Positions 13,964 to 28,251 of a stretch of DNA of 64,000 bases are shown here, in pieces; positions within the stretch are counted from its first letter, which is position 1, and each line of letters starts with the position of its first letter. The stretch spans positions 15,500,001-15,564,000 of the forward strand of contig OX597824.1 of the NCBI GenBank assembly GCA_951406725.2, given 5' to 3'. The notes beneath the pieces were generated by a model that saw nothing but the letters and a program-made list of their open reading frames with translations, made no database searches and was not told the DNA's origin. This DNA is from Octopus vulgaris. Its lineage: Eukaryota. The position numbers were made by a program, and so were the translations under genes.

Positions 13964-14330
13964 AGGCGCAGGAGTGGCTGTGTGGTAAGTAGCTTGCTAA
14001 CCAACCACATGGTTCCGGGTTCAGTCCCACTGCGTGGCACCTTGGTCAAGTGTCTTCTGCTATAGCCCCGGGCCGACCAATGCCTTGTGAGTGGATTTGG
14101 TAGACGGAAACTGAAAGAAGCCTGTCGTATATATGTATATATATATATATGTATGTGTGTGTGTTTGTGTGCTGGTGTGTTTACATCCCCCGTCACGTAG
14201 CGGTTCGGCAAAAAGAGACCGACAGAATAAGTACTGGGCTTACAAAGAATAAGTCCCGGGGTCGATTTGCTCGACTAAAGGCGGTGCTCCAGCATGGCCG
14301 CAGTCAAATGACTGAAACAAGTAAAAGAAA
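13964..14330 (+). mobile_element. SINE family A (internal deletion)
   Basis: Head and tail match the family consensus. Confidence 0.9.
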
Positions 14331-14354
14331 AAAAAAAAAGAAAAAAAATAAGGA

Positions 14355-14920
14355 TGTGAAGGCGCGTGGCTTAGTGGTTAGGGCATTCGGCTCACGATCG
14401 CAAGGTCGTGAGTTCAATTCTCGGCGACGCGTTATGTCCTTGAGCAAGACACTTCATTTCACGTTGCTCCATTCCACTAAATGACTAGTACCTGTATTTC
14501 AAAGGGGCCAGCCTTGTCACACTCTGTGTCACGCTGAATCTCCCTCAGAACAACATTAAGGTTACACGTGTCTGTGGAGTACTCAGCCACTTGCACGTTA
14601 ATTTCACGAGCAAGCTGTTCCGCTGATGGTATCAGCTGGGACAAGGCGGCGAGCTGGCAGAGTCGTTAGCACTCCGGGCGAAATGCGTAGCCGTATTTCT
14701 TCTGCCGTTACGTTCTGAGTTCAAATTCCGCCGAGGTCGACTTTGCCTTTCATCATTACGGGATCGATAAATTAAGTACCAGTGACGCACTGGCGTCGAT
14801 GTAATCGACTTGATCCGTTTGTCTGTCCTTGTTTGTCCCCTCTATGTTTAGCCCCCTGTGGGTAGTAAAGAAATAGGTATCAGCTGGGACCCTCGTCGTC
14901 GTAACCGATGGGGTGCTCCT
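14355..14920 (+). mobile_element. tRNA-headed SINE with a nested family C SINE at about 14644-14876
   Basis: Head GGCGCGTGGCTTAGTGGTTAGGGC...GAGTTCAATTC. The tail matches 34870-35045. GGTATCAGCTGGGAC is duplicated around the nested copy. Confidence 0.8.
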
Positions 14921-15086
14921 ACAAGTAGTGTTGTACACACACACACACACATAACAATATTGAAGATAAGGAGAATGAAGAATTACATTTAAACTTCCAA
15001 TGCTGTTTATTTCCAGTAAGCCTCCGTATTTTATTCAGGGAAATTCGCTTTCTACCTGGATATCATATGCCACTTCCTGCTATATA

Positions 15087-15487
15087 TGTGGCTGCGTGGT
15101 AAGTAGCTTGCTAACCAACCACATGGTTCCGGGTTCAGTCCCACTGTGTGGCATCTTGGGCAAGTGTCTTCTGCTATAGCCTCGGGCCGACCAAAGCCTT
15201 GTGAGTGGATTTGGTAGACGGAAACTGAAAGAAGCCTGTCGTATATATATGTATATATATATATGTGTGTGGGCGTGTGTGTCTGTGTTTGTTCCCCTAG
15301 CATTGCTTGACAACCGATGCTGGTGTGTGTTTACGTCCCCGTCACTTAGCGGTTCGGCAAAAGGAGACCGATAGAATAAGTACTGGGCTTACAAAGAATA
15401 AGTCCCGGGGTCGATTTGCTCGACTAAAGGCGGTGCTCCAGCATGGCCGCAGTCAAATGACTGAAACAAGTAAAAGAGTAAAAGAGT
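15087..15487 (+). mobile_element. SINE family A
   Basis: Matches the family consensus. Confidence 0.9.
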
Positions 15488-16164
15488 ATATATATTCCTT
15501 TATTGCCCACAAGGGGCTAAACATAGAGGGGACAAACAAGGACAGACAAAGGGATCGATTAAATAAGTACCAGTTACGCACTGGGGTTCATATGATCGAC
15601 TTAATCCGTTTGCCTGTCCTTGTTTGTCCCCTCTGTGTGTAGCCCCTTGTGGGCAGTAAAGAAATAAGAATTGTCCTCTTAAGCATGTATCTTTTATTTT
15701 AGTGTCGCTTTATAAATGAAATTAAGTAGACGGAAACTGCGTGAAGTCCGATAGATTGTACGTGTTAACTCAAAGGCCCGGCTTTGTCATGCGTTAAAGG
15801 TAATACAAGTGTTTGCGGAATACTCAATCACTTTCGCTATTATTCAATGAGCAGGTAACAACTGGATTGTACGTAGTTGTAAAATGCAGAGAACCAGTAG
15901 GGAAAATCCTCGAGCTGGGAGAGTCGTTGGCACGCCGGGCCAGACGCTTAACAGCATTCCCTTCCTCTTTACGTTCTGAGCTTAGATTTATCTGACATTG
16001 ACTTTCATCGTTTCGGATCGATAAATTAAGTACCCAGTCGAGCACTGAGGTCGCTGTAATCGACTTGTCTCCTTTCCAAAATTTCAGGCTTTGTGCCTAT
16101 AGTGGAAAGGTTTATTAACAAGAGGATAATGTTACGGTTGCTGTTGCTGCTGTTGCTGTTGTTG

Positions 16165-16490
16165 TTGAGCGGTCCGAACTGTGGTCCTTTGCTATTCGTA
16201 AGACCCGCAGAAGAGAAAGCAGGTCAACCCCCGACACCGAGAGCATCGACGGATGGATGGATGAATGCGCATCCAGGCTCAGCGGTTGCATAGGAAGTCG
16301 GGGACAAGAAACAGGAAGAAAGAGTGAGAGAAAATTGGAGCGAAAGAGTACAACAGGGGTCGCCACCACCCCCTGCCGAAGCCTCATGGAGCTTTAGGTG
16401 TTTTCGTTCAATAAAGACACACAACGCCCGGTCTGGGAATCGAAATCGACCGCGAGTCCGCTGTCCTAACCACTGGGCCATTGCGCCTCC
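16165..16490 (-). mobile_element. SINE family B (third tail type)
   Basis: Shared head and core at 16310-16490. Confidence 0.82.
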
Positions 16491-17184
16491 ACTACTGTCG
16501 CTGTTGTATAGTCAGTTCGTTACAGAGCCATTAAGAAGTATTTTGTGTCAGTATATTGATCCGGAGCCCAAGTAGACCCCGTATCTATCTGTTTCAATCT
16601 TCCTTAAAAACGAAATAATCCCAAAACGATCTTAAATTGTTCCAAGAATCTCCGATCCTGATACCCCAAAGTATTCTTGCTCTGCCTGAACTAAATTTCT
16701 TTCGGTGATCCTGGCTCCCGATCAAGCCCTGATCGAGCAGTTCCATGGTTTATAGCTAATCGCCATGTATATAGTCACATGACATATCGATACCTTCCTG
16801 TATCCCCCCCACCCCAGCTATGCCATATAACTGTCAAGTTGTGGACAATACTGCACATTCCGAAATGGAGGGATAAAAATAGAATACCGGCCAGTGTGAC
16901 AGTCCAGACATGTTGCACTCTCTCCACTAATTAGATTGCTCTAGTGAGCGTGCATATCCTGGTAGGGGGTACAGCGGGGGCGATGGGACGTGGACTTAGT
17001 CGAAGCGTTCAGTCGGTTGCTCTTCCTCTGCAACTGGTACTGTTTAGCCCCTGGTCTAATAGCTCTTTGTTAGAGGGCACTATGGTGCCCCATGTGTGAT
17101 TAAAGACTTCGCCGGGGGATGATCTATATATATATACGCACACATACATATATATACATACATACATACATATATATATATATA

Positions 17185-17223
17185 AGTGGATTTGGTAGAT
17201 TGAAACTGAAAGAAGCCTGTCGT

Positions 17224-17306
<83 letters not shown>

Positions 17307-17500
17307 TGTATGCGTGCATGTGTGTGTTTTCCCCTACCATCGCTTGATAACCGATGTTGGTGTGTTTACGTCCCCGTCAAAGAGACCGATAGTATAAGTA
17401 CTAGGCTCACAAAGAATAAGTCCTGGGGTCGATTTGTTCGACTAAGGTCGGTGCCCCAGCATGGCCGCAGTCAAATGACTGAAACAAATGAAAGAATAAA
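17185..17500 (+). mobile_element. SINE family A, 5'-truncated
   Basis: GTGGATTTGGTAGA...CAGCATGGCCGCAGTCAAATGACTGAAAC. Confidence 0.85.
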
Positions 17501-18245
17501 ACATATATATATATGTATGCGTGTATCTATGTATATCTATGTATATACATATCTATGTATATACATATCTATGTATATACATATCTATGTATATACATAT
17601 CTATGTATATGTGTGTTCTTCCGTGTTTGTCCCCACCACCACCACCACTGTTTGATAACCGGTGTTAGTTTGTTTATGTCCGAGTGACTTGGTGTTTCGG
17701 CTACAGGAACCATTAGAAGAAGTACGTACCATGCTGAAGAAGAGAAATAATTCCTGGAGTCGATTCATTCGGCCACCAAAAAAAACCTTTTTCTCAAGGT
17801 GACGCTCCAGCATGACTACAATCCGGTGACTGAACAAGGACAAGCAAGAAAAGAAAAGAAAAAAAAAGCCAAAAAAAAGAAAGCCGTGGTATGATTTGAG
17901 GGAGATTAGGCTCCTATTTCTTTTTTTAACAAGTGGAAAAAGAACACGTAGATTCTTATGGTGTAGCGAGTGGCGAGAGGAAGTGACGTCGGAGGCGGAC
18001 TCGACCAGTGCGCGTCAGTTGCTCTTCCTAAACATTTTCTTTGGAGGTGGCGTTGGTGATGGTGACAGTGGTATGTAATCTGTTGCTAATGGTAGAGGTG
18101 GTGGTGGTGGTGGTGGTGGTGGTGGTGGTAGTGGTGGTGGCAGTGGTGGTGCTGGTGGTAGTGGTGCTTGTAGATATGATAATATTAGTTGTATTAATGT
18201 TATGGTCGTATGTATGTATATATATAAATATATATTGTATGTTTA

Positions 18246-18319
<74 letters not shown>

Positions 18320-18420
18320 GGTGGTGAATGCGATGGTAATGATGCGTGGAAACGGAGGGAGTCAGTAGTTGAGTATTGTTTTTCGGAACAAAAATAGGGG
18401 TGACTGGTTTTGAAGTAGTG

Positions 18421-18463
<43 letters not shown>

Positions 18464-18962
18464 CAGCAGTATTAGTATTAGTATTAGTAGTAGTAGTAGT
18501 AGTAGTAGTACAATTAGCAGAAGTATTAAGTATTAGGGTGGGATGTTTTTTGTTTTTTTTTTGCTAGCGGCCGCAATTGTGTCGGTAGTAGTGTTAGTGA
18601 TAGGGGGTGACACCAGTTATGGGTTTAAAGGTGGTAGCGGTGATAGTAGTATTAGTAGTAGTAGTAGTATTCGTAGTGGTAGTGGTTGTAGTATTATTAG
18701 TGGTGTTGAATGGTGGTCGGTAGTGGAGGGGTGGTAGTTGGGTGGGTCGTGGTGTACTTATACGCGACATGATATACGATACGGCCCGACTAATTCGCTT
18801 TCAATATTGTAAACGTGCCAAAAACTACTCACACCCCTACTAACACAGTCCTCCCAGCGCCGTTTCAGTTCTCCACCCATCCCTATCAGGGGAATGACAT
18901 GTGCGTAATTACGAGAGCTCACTAATCTCACATTAAATTTCTTTCGCTCTTAAAACACGTCA

Positions 18963-19042
<80 letters not shown>

Positions 19043-19214
19043 GTGTGTATATATATTTATCTATCTATCTATTTATCTGTCTGTCTGTCTGTCTCTATTT
19101 CATGATAGGTGCAGGCATGGCTGTATGGTTAGAAAGTACACTTTGCAACCAGGTTGTTTCGGGTTCAGTCCCCCTATCCGATACCTTGGGCAAGTCTCTT
19201 CTAATATAACCCCA

Positions 19215-19270
<56 letters not shown>

Positions 19271-20469
19271 AATATATATATATAGCAATAATAGTTCTCT
19301 AAACGAGATATAAACAGTAACTGCTCCATAACATAAGGGACATCAGCCATCTGAATGTGGCTAGGGACAGGGCAGGGCGGTGGGGGTGTTACTGATGCAT
19401 TTAGCCCCAGGCGATCATCAACGTCATCAGGAGGGCTGACACCATCACGGTCTTCTTTTCCTTGGGACAAATTCTTTGTTGACCATTGTTCTTATCGTAG
19501 TTTACAAATCCAAGCATGAAAACGTTACTCAACTTTGGAGCTAAACTATAAATTTCACAGCGTACAACCTTAAAGTTGACACCATTCCGCTAAACGCAGA
19601 AAATTTGTGTCTTGCTATTGGCTAAAAATACACAGTTTTTACGATCTTTAAACCTCTCTAACTTTTACCTCCACTTTTTTCTCCTTCATAGCAACGAGAC
19701 TAGAAGACTACACTATTATAGCAGATTTTCAGATCTTTTACTTCCTTTTAAAAGATGCATATTTTGCAAATGAAAAAACTAAATCCCCTCTATACATTAT
19801 TTCTTTATATGACATTCCCGCTAATCACTCGTCTATTACGCAACGAAACATGGCCCGAAATCCAACGTGTATGTATCTTCCTTGTATCGATATATTCTAA
19901 TTTTAATCTTTCTGTCTTCATTTAATCACATAGAGCTTTGTCTAATTAATTTTTAGTTTCTCATGGAGTTGATTCAGAGAAAAACAAATTATGTCGCTTA
20001 AACGAATAGAGGTCTGCTTTGTATGTACACGTATGTCTACTTTTCATACACACACCCAACCGAAATACACACACACACACAAACGTTTGCCATTACATAT
20101 TCTGTAATTGTTATCTTGACCTAACACATATCATCCATTCAAGAACAGTGTCTAAGCATTAGTAGGGGACCACGATCGCACGTTCTTCCAGTGTATCAGA
20201 ATAGAATATGGATATACTAATTATATCCATATATAATGAATATAATATATATCCATTATATATTATAATGGATATATAATATATATATATCCATTTATAT
20301 TATATAAATGGATATATATATATCCATTTGTGTGACCCATTAGAATCGTTTCTGCTCTGTGTTCAATTCTTGTCGAAACAAATTGGACCTTTCATTCTTT
20401 CTAGCTCGTTGAAACAAAGAATCAGTCCTGCATTATTTGGCCCATATTCATATAATAATGCCTTCTAGT

Positions 20470-20897
20470 AGGCGTAGGAGTGGCTGTGTGGTAAGTAGCT
20501 TGCATACCAAACACATGGTTCTGGGCTCAGTTCCAATGCGTGGCACCTTGGGCAAGTGTCTTCTACTATAGCCTCGGGCCGACCAAAGCCTTGTGAGTGG
20601 ATTTGGTAGACGGAAACTGAAAGAAGCCCGTGGTATATATGTATGTATATATGTATGTATGTGTGTGTGTATATGTTTGTGTGTGTGTATATGTTTGTGT
20701 GCCTGTGTTTGTGCCCCCAACACCGCTCGACAACTGATGCTGGTGTGTTTACGTCCTTGTAACCTAGCGGTTCGGTAAAAGAGATTGATAGAATAAGTAC
20801 TAGGCTTACAAAGAATAAGTCCTGGGGTCGATTTGCTCGACTAAAGGCGGTGCTCCAGCATGGCTTCAGTCAAAATGACTGAAACAAGTAAAGAGTA
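20470..20897 (+). mobile_element. SINE family A flanked by a long duplication
   Basis: Full copy. Flank 20331-20469 is repeated at about 20902-21088. Confidence 0.9.
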
Positions 20898-21630
20898 TTC
20901 ATGTGACCCATTTGTGTGGCTGAACCGGTAGTTCGTTGGATCAAATGATATAGTGTGCTTAGAATTCTTTCTGCTCTGTGTTCAATTCTTGTCGAAACAA
21001 ACTGAACCTTTCATTCTTTCTAGCTCGTTGAAATAAAATATCAGTCCTGCATTATTTGGCCCATATTCTTATAATAATGTCTTCTAGTTGTAATTGGAAA
21101 CCAATCAATTGACTCAATCTTGGACACAGAATGATCTTAACTGAATTACTCGCTTTTTAAATCTAAGCAACAAATTAAAATTACAGCGAAGATGTTAGTA
21201 CTATTAAAGTATATTGGAAGAAAATATTAAGCGTCGGACAGAATACTTAACTGTAATTAAGTTTGTCTCATTACGTCCTGGGTTCAAATCCTGATGTGAG
21301 AGATTTCGTTTTCAACATACTATCTTCCAATACATACCTTCAAAATAACTATATCGATTTAATCGATTATGTTCTTCTTTCAAATATGAGGCTTGTACCA
21401 ATGCTGGAAATCAATGTTCATTAACTTCATTTAGACAGGCTTGCACAAAGAAAAAAGAAGCACAATTATAATTCTTATATAATTTCTAATTAATAAATAA
21501 TTATTTCTCATAAACTATAACCCTTAGTTCTAAACCTAATTACAATATTTTCTCAGTCGTGAGAAAAAAAATCCGAATAAAACAGACATATACTGATATT
21601 TATATCCATATATACGTTTTGTACACACAC

Positions 21631-21690
<60 letters not shown>

Positions 21691-22466
21691 GATGGATGTA
21701 AGCAAGTACATGTACGCAGTAACTCAATAATACAGTGGACCATGTGCTACTATCAGAGGCAGAAATGAAAGCGAAGAGAACCAATATACAAATATACGTA
21801 ACCCACAATTCCATTATTGAAGTAACATTTAAAATCAATTAGCAGCGATAAGACAAAAGCATTACTTAATTATTTCATTAAGCCATACATACACACAAAA
21901 ATAACATTTCCAAGTAGTGTGAAAATTGATTTAACAGTCTTCAGAAATAACCAGACATTAAAATAATAGATTTAACTGAACAGTCCCCGAAAAAACAAAA
22001 CCTGCCGTGCAACAATAAAACGTTAGTTTTAACGGCCATCCAATCAAGTGTAATATATAATCGTATCAGTTGTCTCCCCTTTTTTATGCTCATTCTCTCG
22101 GTTACTACCACAAGCCCTCCACCCCAACTATTTATCGTTTATCTGCCTGGCCAAAAACAGAATTAATACAGCGACCTAGTGATTAGAATGTTTTCACCCA
22201 TGATCAGAAGTTCGCGCATCCGATCGTTTGGTGTAATGCGTCCTTGAGTAACACGTTGTATTTCACATTCTTCCAGGTTGTTGAACCATTGATGAATACT
22301 TGTCTAGTGTTGGTGGAGCTTCTCTCCTCCCAATTTCCATGTTCTTAATGAGCCGCTGGATCAAGGTTGGGAGTGCCGAAAGGGTGCTCATGTCTCCTTG
22401 CAACAATTTAGAAGAATAAAGCAATTAACGGTCATACTCAATTAGCGAGTGACGCTTAAACTTATT

Positions 22467-22558
<92 letters not shown>

Positions 22559-22762
22559 CCTACCTATCTATCTATCTGTCTGTCTGTCTGCCTGCCTGCT
22601 TGTCTCTCTATATATCTGTCTATCTGTCTGTCTGTCTCCTATCTATGAATCAATCTGTCTGTCGGCCTGCCTGTCTATCAATCAATCAATCCCTCTGACA
22701 CTGTCTGCCTGTCTATCAATCAAACAGTTGATCTATCTGTCTGTCTGTCTGTCTGTCTGCCT

Positions 22763-22831
<69 letters not shown>

Positions 22832-24192
22832 CGTGCGTGTTTGAGTTATTATAAGTTTCATACCCTGATAGTATAATAGTTAGACAAGCTTTTATAGTAT
22901 GTCCTGTACTATCTTGCAAATTTCAAGCTTTCTTTTTTTGTTTCCCTTTTCACATTTTTGAACTTCTTTTCTTTCTTTGCAGCTTTTTTTCTATGAGAGC
23001 ACCCATGTTCTATATTTATCTTGAAAGATCGCTCTGTAGTACGTAACACGTTATACAAACCCGTCAAACAACTGTATTACTAGAGGCATGAAACTTATAG
23101 TAGCTCGCATGTAAATCTTGTATATACTAAACAATGTTTATCTCTTACTACATGGAATATGATTTTTTTGTTTTGTTTTATTGATCCCATTGAATGAACT
23201 GTACAATGTGAATATTCATTTAATTTAATTTAGAAACATAAGAGTTAAGCGTTTTAGAAGCATAAACCGTTGGAAGATATTTCATAGCGATAGGCAGAGT
23301 AGCATGCACTTCTAAAAAACTGAAATGCCGTAACTTACATTGTTCCTGCGCCCGGAGGCGTGGGAATGGTGTAGTATAAGTGGGAGCAATGGCCGATCAC
23401 CTGCGTGGCTTACTTCTTCGTTTACATAGCGTCAATGTCTAAGAGGAGATCTCATTACACTGACAGGGTATTCGGTGCTTAGCGTAACTTAGCAGTTCGG
23501 CAAAAGAGACTGATATAATAAGTGCTAGGCTTACAAAGAATAAGTCCTGGGGTCGATTTGCTCGACTAAAGGCAGTGCTCCAGCATGGCCACAGTCAAAT
23601 AACTGAAACAAGTAACAGAGTAAACCTAAAGGTAATTACATAAGCATTAAAATCTTCAAGTTTCAGAGTAGGCTTAACTGCTCTAAAGAATCGTAATGGT
23701 CTGTCACATTTCTAATGCGCACGCCTTATATTGAAAAACCATCTGTATTTTGCGTACATTATTTTGCTCTCGACGTTTTCTGTAAAATAAAGCATAACTA
23801 AAGAAAGCAACCCAGAATGATTATGTTACTAAGGATAGTATTTGAACACTTTAAATGTTTTGTTTCTTTTTTCACACTCATAATTATCGATATTTCACCA
23901 AAACTAAATAAGAGTAAAAGGAGAGAGTCTGCATCCTTCAACACCAGTTCAGCACCTTGTGTAATCGCCATCTAACAATCTAGAAGCATCCAGACGTGAA
24001 TGGTGACGACGAAATGATTTGGTGACGAACTGACTTGGTAACAAGTTACCTTCTGGCAAACTAACTAGACATCATACCAATAAAAATATCGACATACATG
24101 CTTTCTATCTCACACACAAATGTATTTATATATACCAGTCTTTACAATGAACCTAGCAAAAACCAGAGCAGATCCAAAATAACTCTTTTACA

Positions 24193-24439
24193 TTTTTACT
24201 TGTTTCAGCCATTTGATTGTGACCATGCTGGAGGGACAAACACAGACACACAAACATATACACACACATACATATATATATACGACGGGCTTCTTTCAGT
24301 TTCCATCTACCAAATCCACTCACTTTGACGGCCCGAGGCTATAGTAGAAGACACTTGCCCAAAGTACCATGCAGTGGGACTGAACCCGGAACCATGTGGT
24401 TGATATGCAACCTACTTACCACACAGCCACTCCTACGCC
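24193..24439 (-). mobile_element. SINE family A (deleted)
   Basis: Reverse-complement match to the family. Confidence 0.8.
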
Positions 24440-24637
24440 ATTAATTTTAAGTAATCAGTGCCGGGTAATACTTATATATTTATAGGTTACTGATATACAC
24501 ATATAAACATGTACTCCACATGACGTCCTTGGAAGTGTGTATAGAAATATATAGTGTGTGTGTTTTTTAGTACTGCATGTATATCTGATTTTAAATAAAG
24601 GGTTATGCAAATTAGTTGCTCCACTTCACATCTCGCC

Positions 24638-24680
24638 ACCGCTGATGAAAACTCAATAAGAGTCGAAAATTTGTTACGTT
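24638..24680 (+). ncRNA. Degenerate minimal hammerhead-like motif
   Basis: ACCG CTGATGA A a ACTC aataa GAGT c GAAA ATTTG TTA CGTT. Core intact, stems partly mismatched. Confidence 0.4.
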
Positions 24681-24750
24681 TTCCGTCAGCTCTTTTCCAT
24701 CTTCGGAGAAACAAGTAAATTTGTCATATTTGTATATTTACTACTTATGA

Positions 24751-24797
<47 letters not shown>

Positions 24798-24801
<4 letters not shown>

Positions 24802-25175
24802 GTTGAAATTTATACAAAAACAAAAGACGAGGACAGGTGTATAAACAACAAGCAAGTGTATTAGTTTGACGCCCGGGCAAATGAAAAAAATATTTTACAT
24901 TTCGAGCCTACGCTCTTCAACAGAAAGGAATAAGAGGAAATAAATAGAGAGAGAATGAAAAAAAAAACCTGTCGAGTTAGCGGTCAAGCATGGCGAAATT
25001 CACAAGTTTTGTTTTTAATTCTCTCTTTGTTTATTTTCTCTTATTCCTTTCTGTTGAAGAGCGTAGGTGCGAAGCATAAAAGACTTTTACATTTTCCCGA
25101 GCGTCAAACTATTACACCTGCTTGTTGTTCATACACCTGTCTTCGTCTTTTGTTTTTCTATGAATTTCAACTATA
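24798..25175. mobile_element. Fold-back (inverted-repeat) PLE-like element with a decayed hammerhead-like motif in each arm
   Basis: Arms of about 175 bp are diverged reverse complements (TATAGTTGAAATT... / ...AATTTCAACTATA). CTGTTGA A GAGCGTAGG motif at about 24893-24927 (-) and 25047-25082 (+). Confidence 0.75.
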
Positions 25176-25244
25176 TATTATACGCTCTCGGAGTCACCCC
25201 AGTTATATCCTGCCTTAATTTCCTACGCTTTGGACTTGCGTATC

Positions 25245-25444
25245 TAAGTCACGGGAACGTAAACACACCAACATCGGTTGTCAAGCGATGTTGGGGGACA
25301 AACACAGACACACAAACATATACACACACACTCATAATTATAAAGTATTATTTAAGTTTACCGTGAAATGATCCTTTTTCATGCCGAATTCTACTTGGTG
25401 AAATTATTGATTACTTCTTCATTAATTTTACCCTTTGTTATTAT

Positions 25445-25510
<66 letters not shown>

Positions 25511-25673
25511 GACGAGCTTCTTCCAGTTTCCGTCTACCAAATCCACTCACAAGGATTTGGTCGGCCCGAAGCTATAGTAGAAGACACGTACCCAAAGTGT
25601 CACGCAGTGGGACTTAGCCCATGACCATGTGGTTGGTAAGTAAGCTACTTAGCACACAGCCACTCTTGCGCCT
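25245..25673 (-). mobile_element. SINE family A, interrupted
   Basis: Reverse-complement head at 25510-25673, body at 25245-25330. Confidence 0.78.
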
Positions 25674-25676
25674 ATG

Positions 25677-25716
<40 letters not shown>

Positions 25717-25755
25717 TAAAAAATGGAGTTAACGCAGGTGTAAACAAATATTTTT

Positions 25756-25841
25756 ACTTTCGACACATGTTTCGAAAATTCCACTGATACTATTCAAAAG
25801 AATAAATGGTATAAACAATGCAATCTTCTCTTCGGGAAAGT
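25756..25841 (-). ncRNA. Type I hammerhead-like motif, long stem II, U4C variant (left-arm copy)
   Basis: Reverse complement of 26139-26224. Confidence 0.7.
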
Positions 25842-26138
25842 GAAAAAAACGAAACTCGTCAATACGACATTTTAGCAAAAAATGATGGATTTGTATAGCG
25901 ATAGACAGAACGCTATTAATATTGTTTAAAAAAACGTTATATGATATAACGTCATAAGTAGCTAACAGAAAGAGTAAGGATATTAATAGTGAATGTTAAA
26001 TATAAAGGAAATTAAAGTTTAAATTATATATAATTATATATAACGTTTTTTTAAACAATATTAATAGCGTTCTGTCTATCGCTATACAAATCCATCATTT
26101 TTTGCTAAAATGTCGTATTGACGAGTTTCGTTTTTTTC

Positions 26139-26224
26139 ACTTTCCCGAAGAGAAGATTGCATTGTTTATACCATTTATTCTTTTGAATAGTATCAGTGGA
26201 ATTTTCGAAACATGTGTCGAAAGT
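26139..26224 (+). ncRNA. Type I hammerhead-like motif, long stem II, U4C variant
   Basis: ACTTTC CCGAAGA GAAGATT ...about 41 nt... AATTTTC GAAA CATGTG TC GAAAGT. 6-bp stem I, 7-bp stem II base (one G-U pair). Confidence 0.72.
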
Positions 26225-27172
26225 AAAAATATTTGTTTACATCTGCGTTAACTCCATTTTTTATTCATATTATTCAAATATTCAACGTAAACACGAAGTT
26301 TCTACCTTTATAAACAAGGAGTTACAACACCCTTACTTGTGAGATTTTTGCTGCCCTGGTAACTATTTATTTATTTTTCCGCGTTAATTGTTAACAAGGT
26401 AAAAATACACTCATCTATTTATATATATATATGTATGTTGGATTGAAAGCTTATGGTATTGATTCAGGTTTTTGTAAGCTCTGAATCCAAATTCTACAGG
26501 TGTCAGTTTTGCATATCATCACATGACAATGAAGTCCCGGTCAGTACTTTAAATTAAGTACCAGTGGATACTTCTTTTCGCTCTCATTTTGTCTTTTTCT
26601 CTCTCTCTCTCTCTCGCCCGTCACTCTCTCCCCACCACCGCGTACCCATTCTCTCTCAGTACCTCTCTTTCTCTACATTAAACTTTGTGAAGGGTGGCGT
26701 GGGACCAGTCACAACACACCCTTTTGCTTCGAAATGGACATAGCCCGAGCAAGCAGCTACTAAACAGCTTACATAGCAAAAAAAAAACTCTTACATTACT
26801 GGAACCATCAAAGATCGGCAAAACGTGCCATTCATCACGGAGCTGAAATATAAACTAAAATGCGTATATATCTAAATGTGCATCTGTTTGTGTGTGCGCG
26901 TAAGAAAAAATATGCAAATATGAGAATTAAATTCAATTTGTTAAGTACATGCGGTTTTCTCGAATTTTGCTTCATATCTATGCTTAACGGAGCGCGCTCA
27001 TAGCGTATACATTAAGGCAAAATACAAAACAAATAATAAAAAACGAGAAGTAGAAATATTTTGCTAAAATTATTCAATATTCACTCCATTCTATGTTACA
27101 TACCGAAAATATTAAAGAATCTTCTTTATTTTATTATATACACTCCAATATTTACAGTAATTTTTCCAATAC

Positions 27173-27785
<613 letters not shown>

Positions 27786-28186
27786 CATGTACCGATATGT
27801 GTGTATGTGTGAGCATGTGAGTGAAAAATATGGAAATATGGGAATAAAATTGAATTTGTTAAGTATATTCAGCTTTCGAGATTTTGCTTCGCTCGTTTGA
27901 TTCCGCCCCCTCTTCCTCCTCCTCCTCCTCCTCATCATCATCATCGACAGCATCATCATTTCACCTACATATATATTGTTTTGTCGTCTATGTTTGTTTG
28001 TTCTTTTTTTTTTGTTATATTTTTCCTTATAACGTTTTGGAACGGAAATCGGTTTTTGATCTTAACGTTTCTAAGTAAATTTAGCGCAAAGATAATTGAT
28101 AATTTAAAAAAATTAAAGTAAATTTTATTTTAAATGTATTTTATATGAAATTATTATTATTATTAATATTTTTATTTTTATTATTA

Positions 28187-28251
<65 letters not shown>

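Larger units (their letters stand above)
25711..26420. mobile_element. Fold-back PLE-like element in (TA)n with near-perfect inverted arms of about 230 bp
   Basis: Arms 25711-25942 and about 26038-26270. The right end AACAAGG.AAAAATACAC.CATCTATTTATA is shared with the copy at 49013-49337. Confidence 0.85.

Noticed and set aside
19400-19440. Minus-strand CTGATGA in a GC-richer patch
   Set aside because: No GAAA or NUH at a suitable distance
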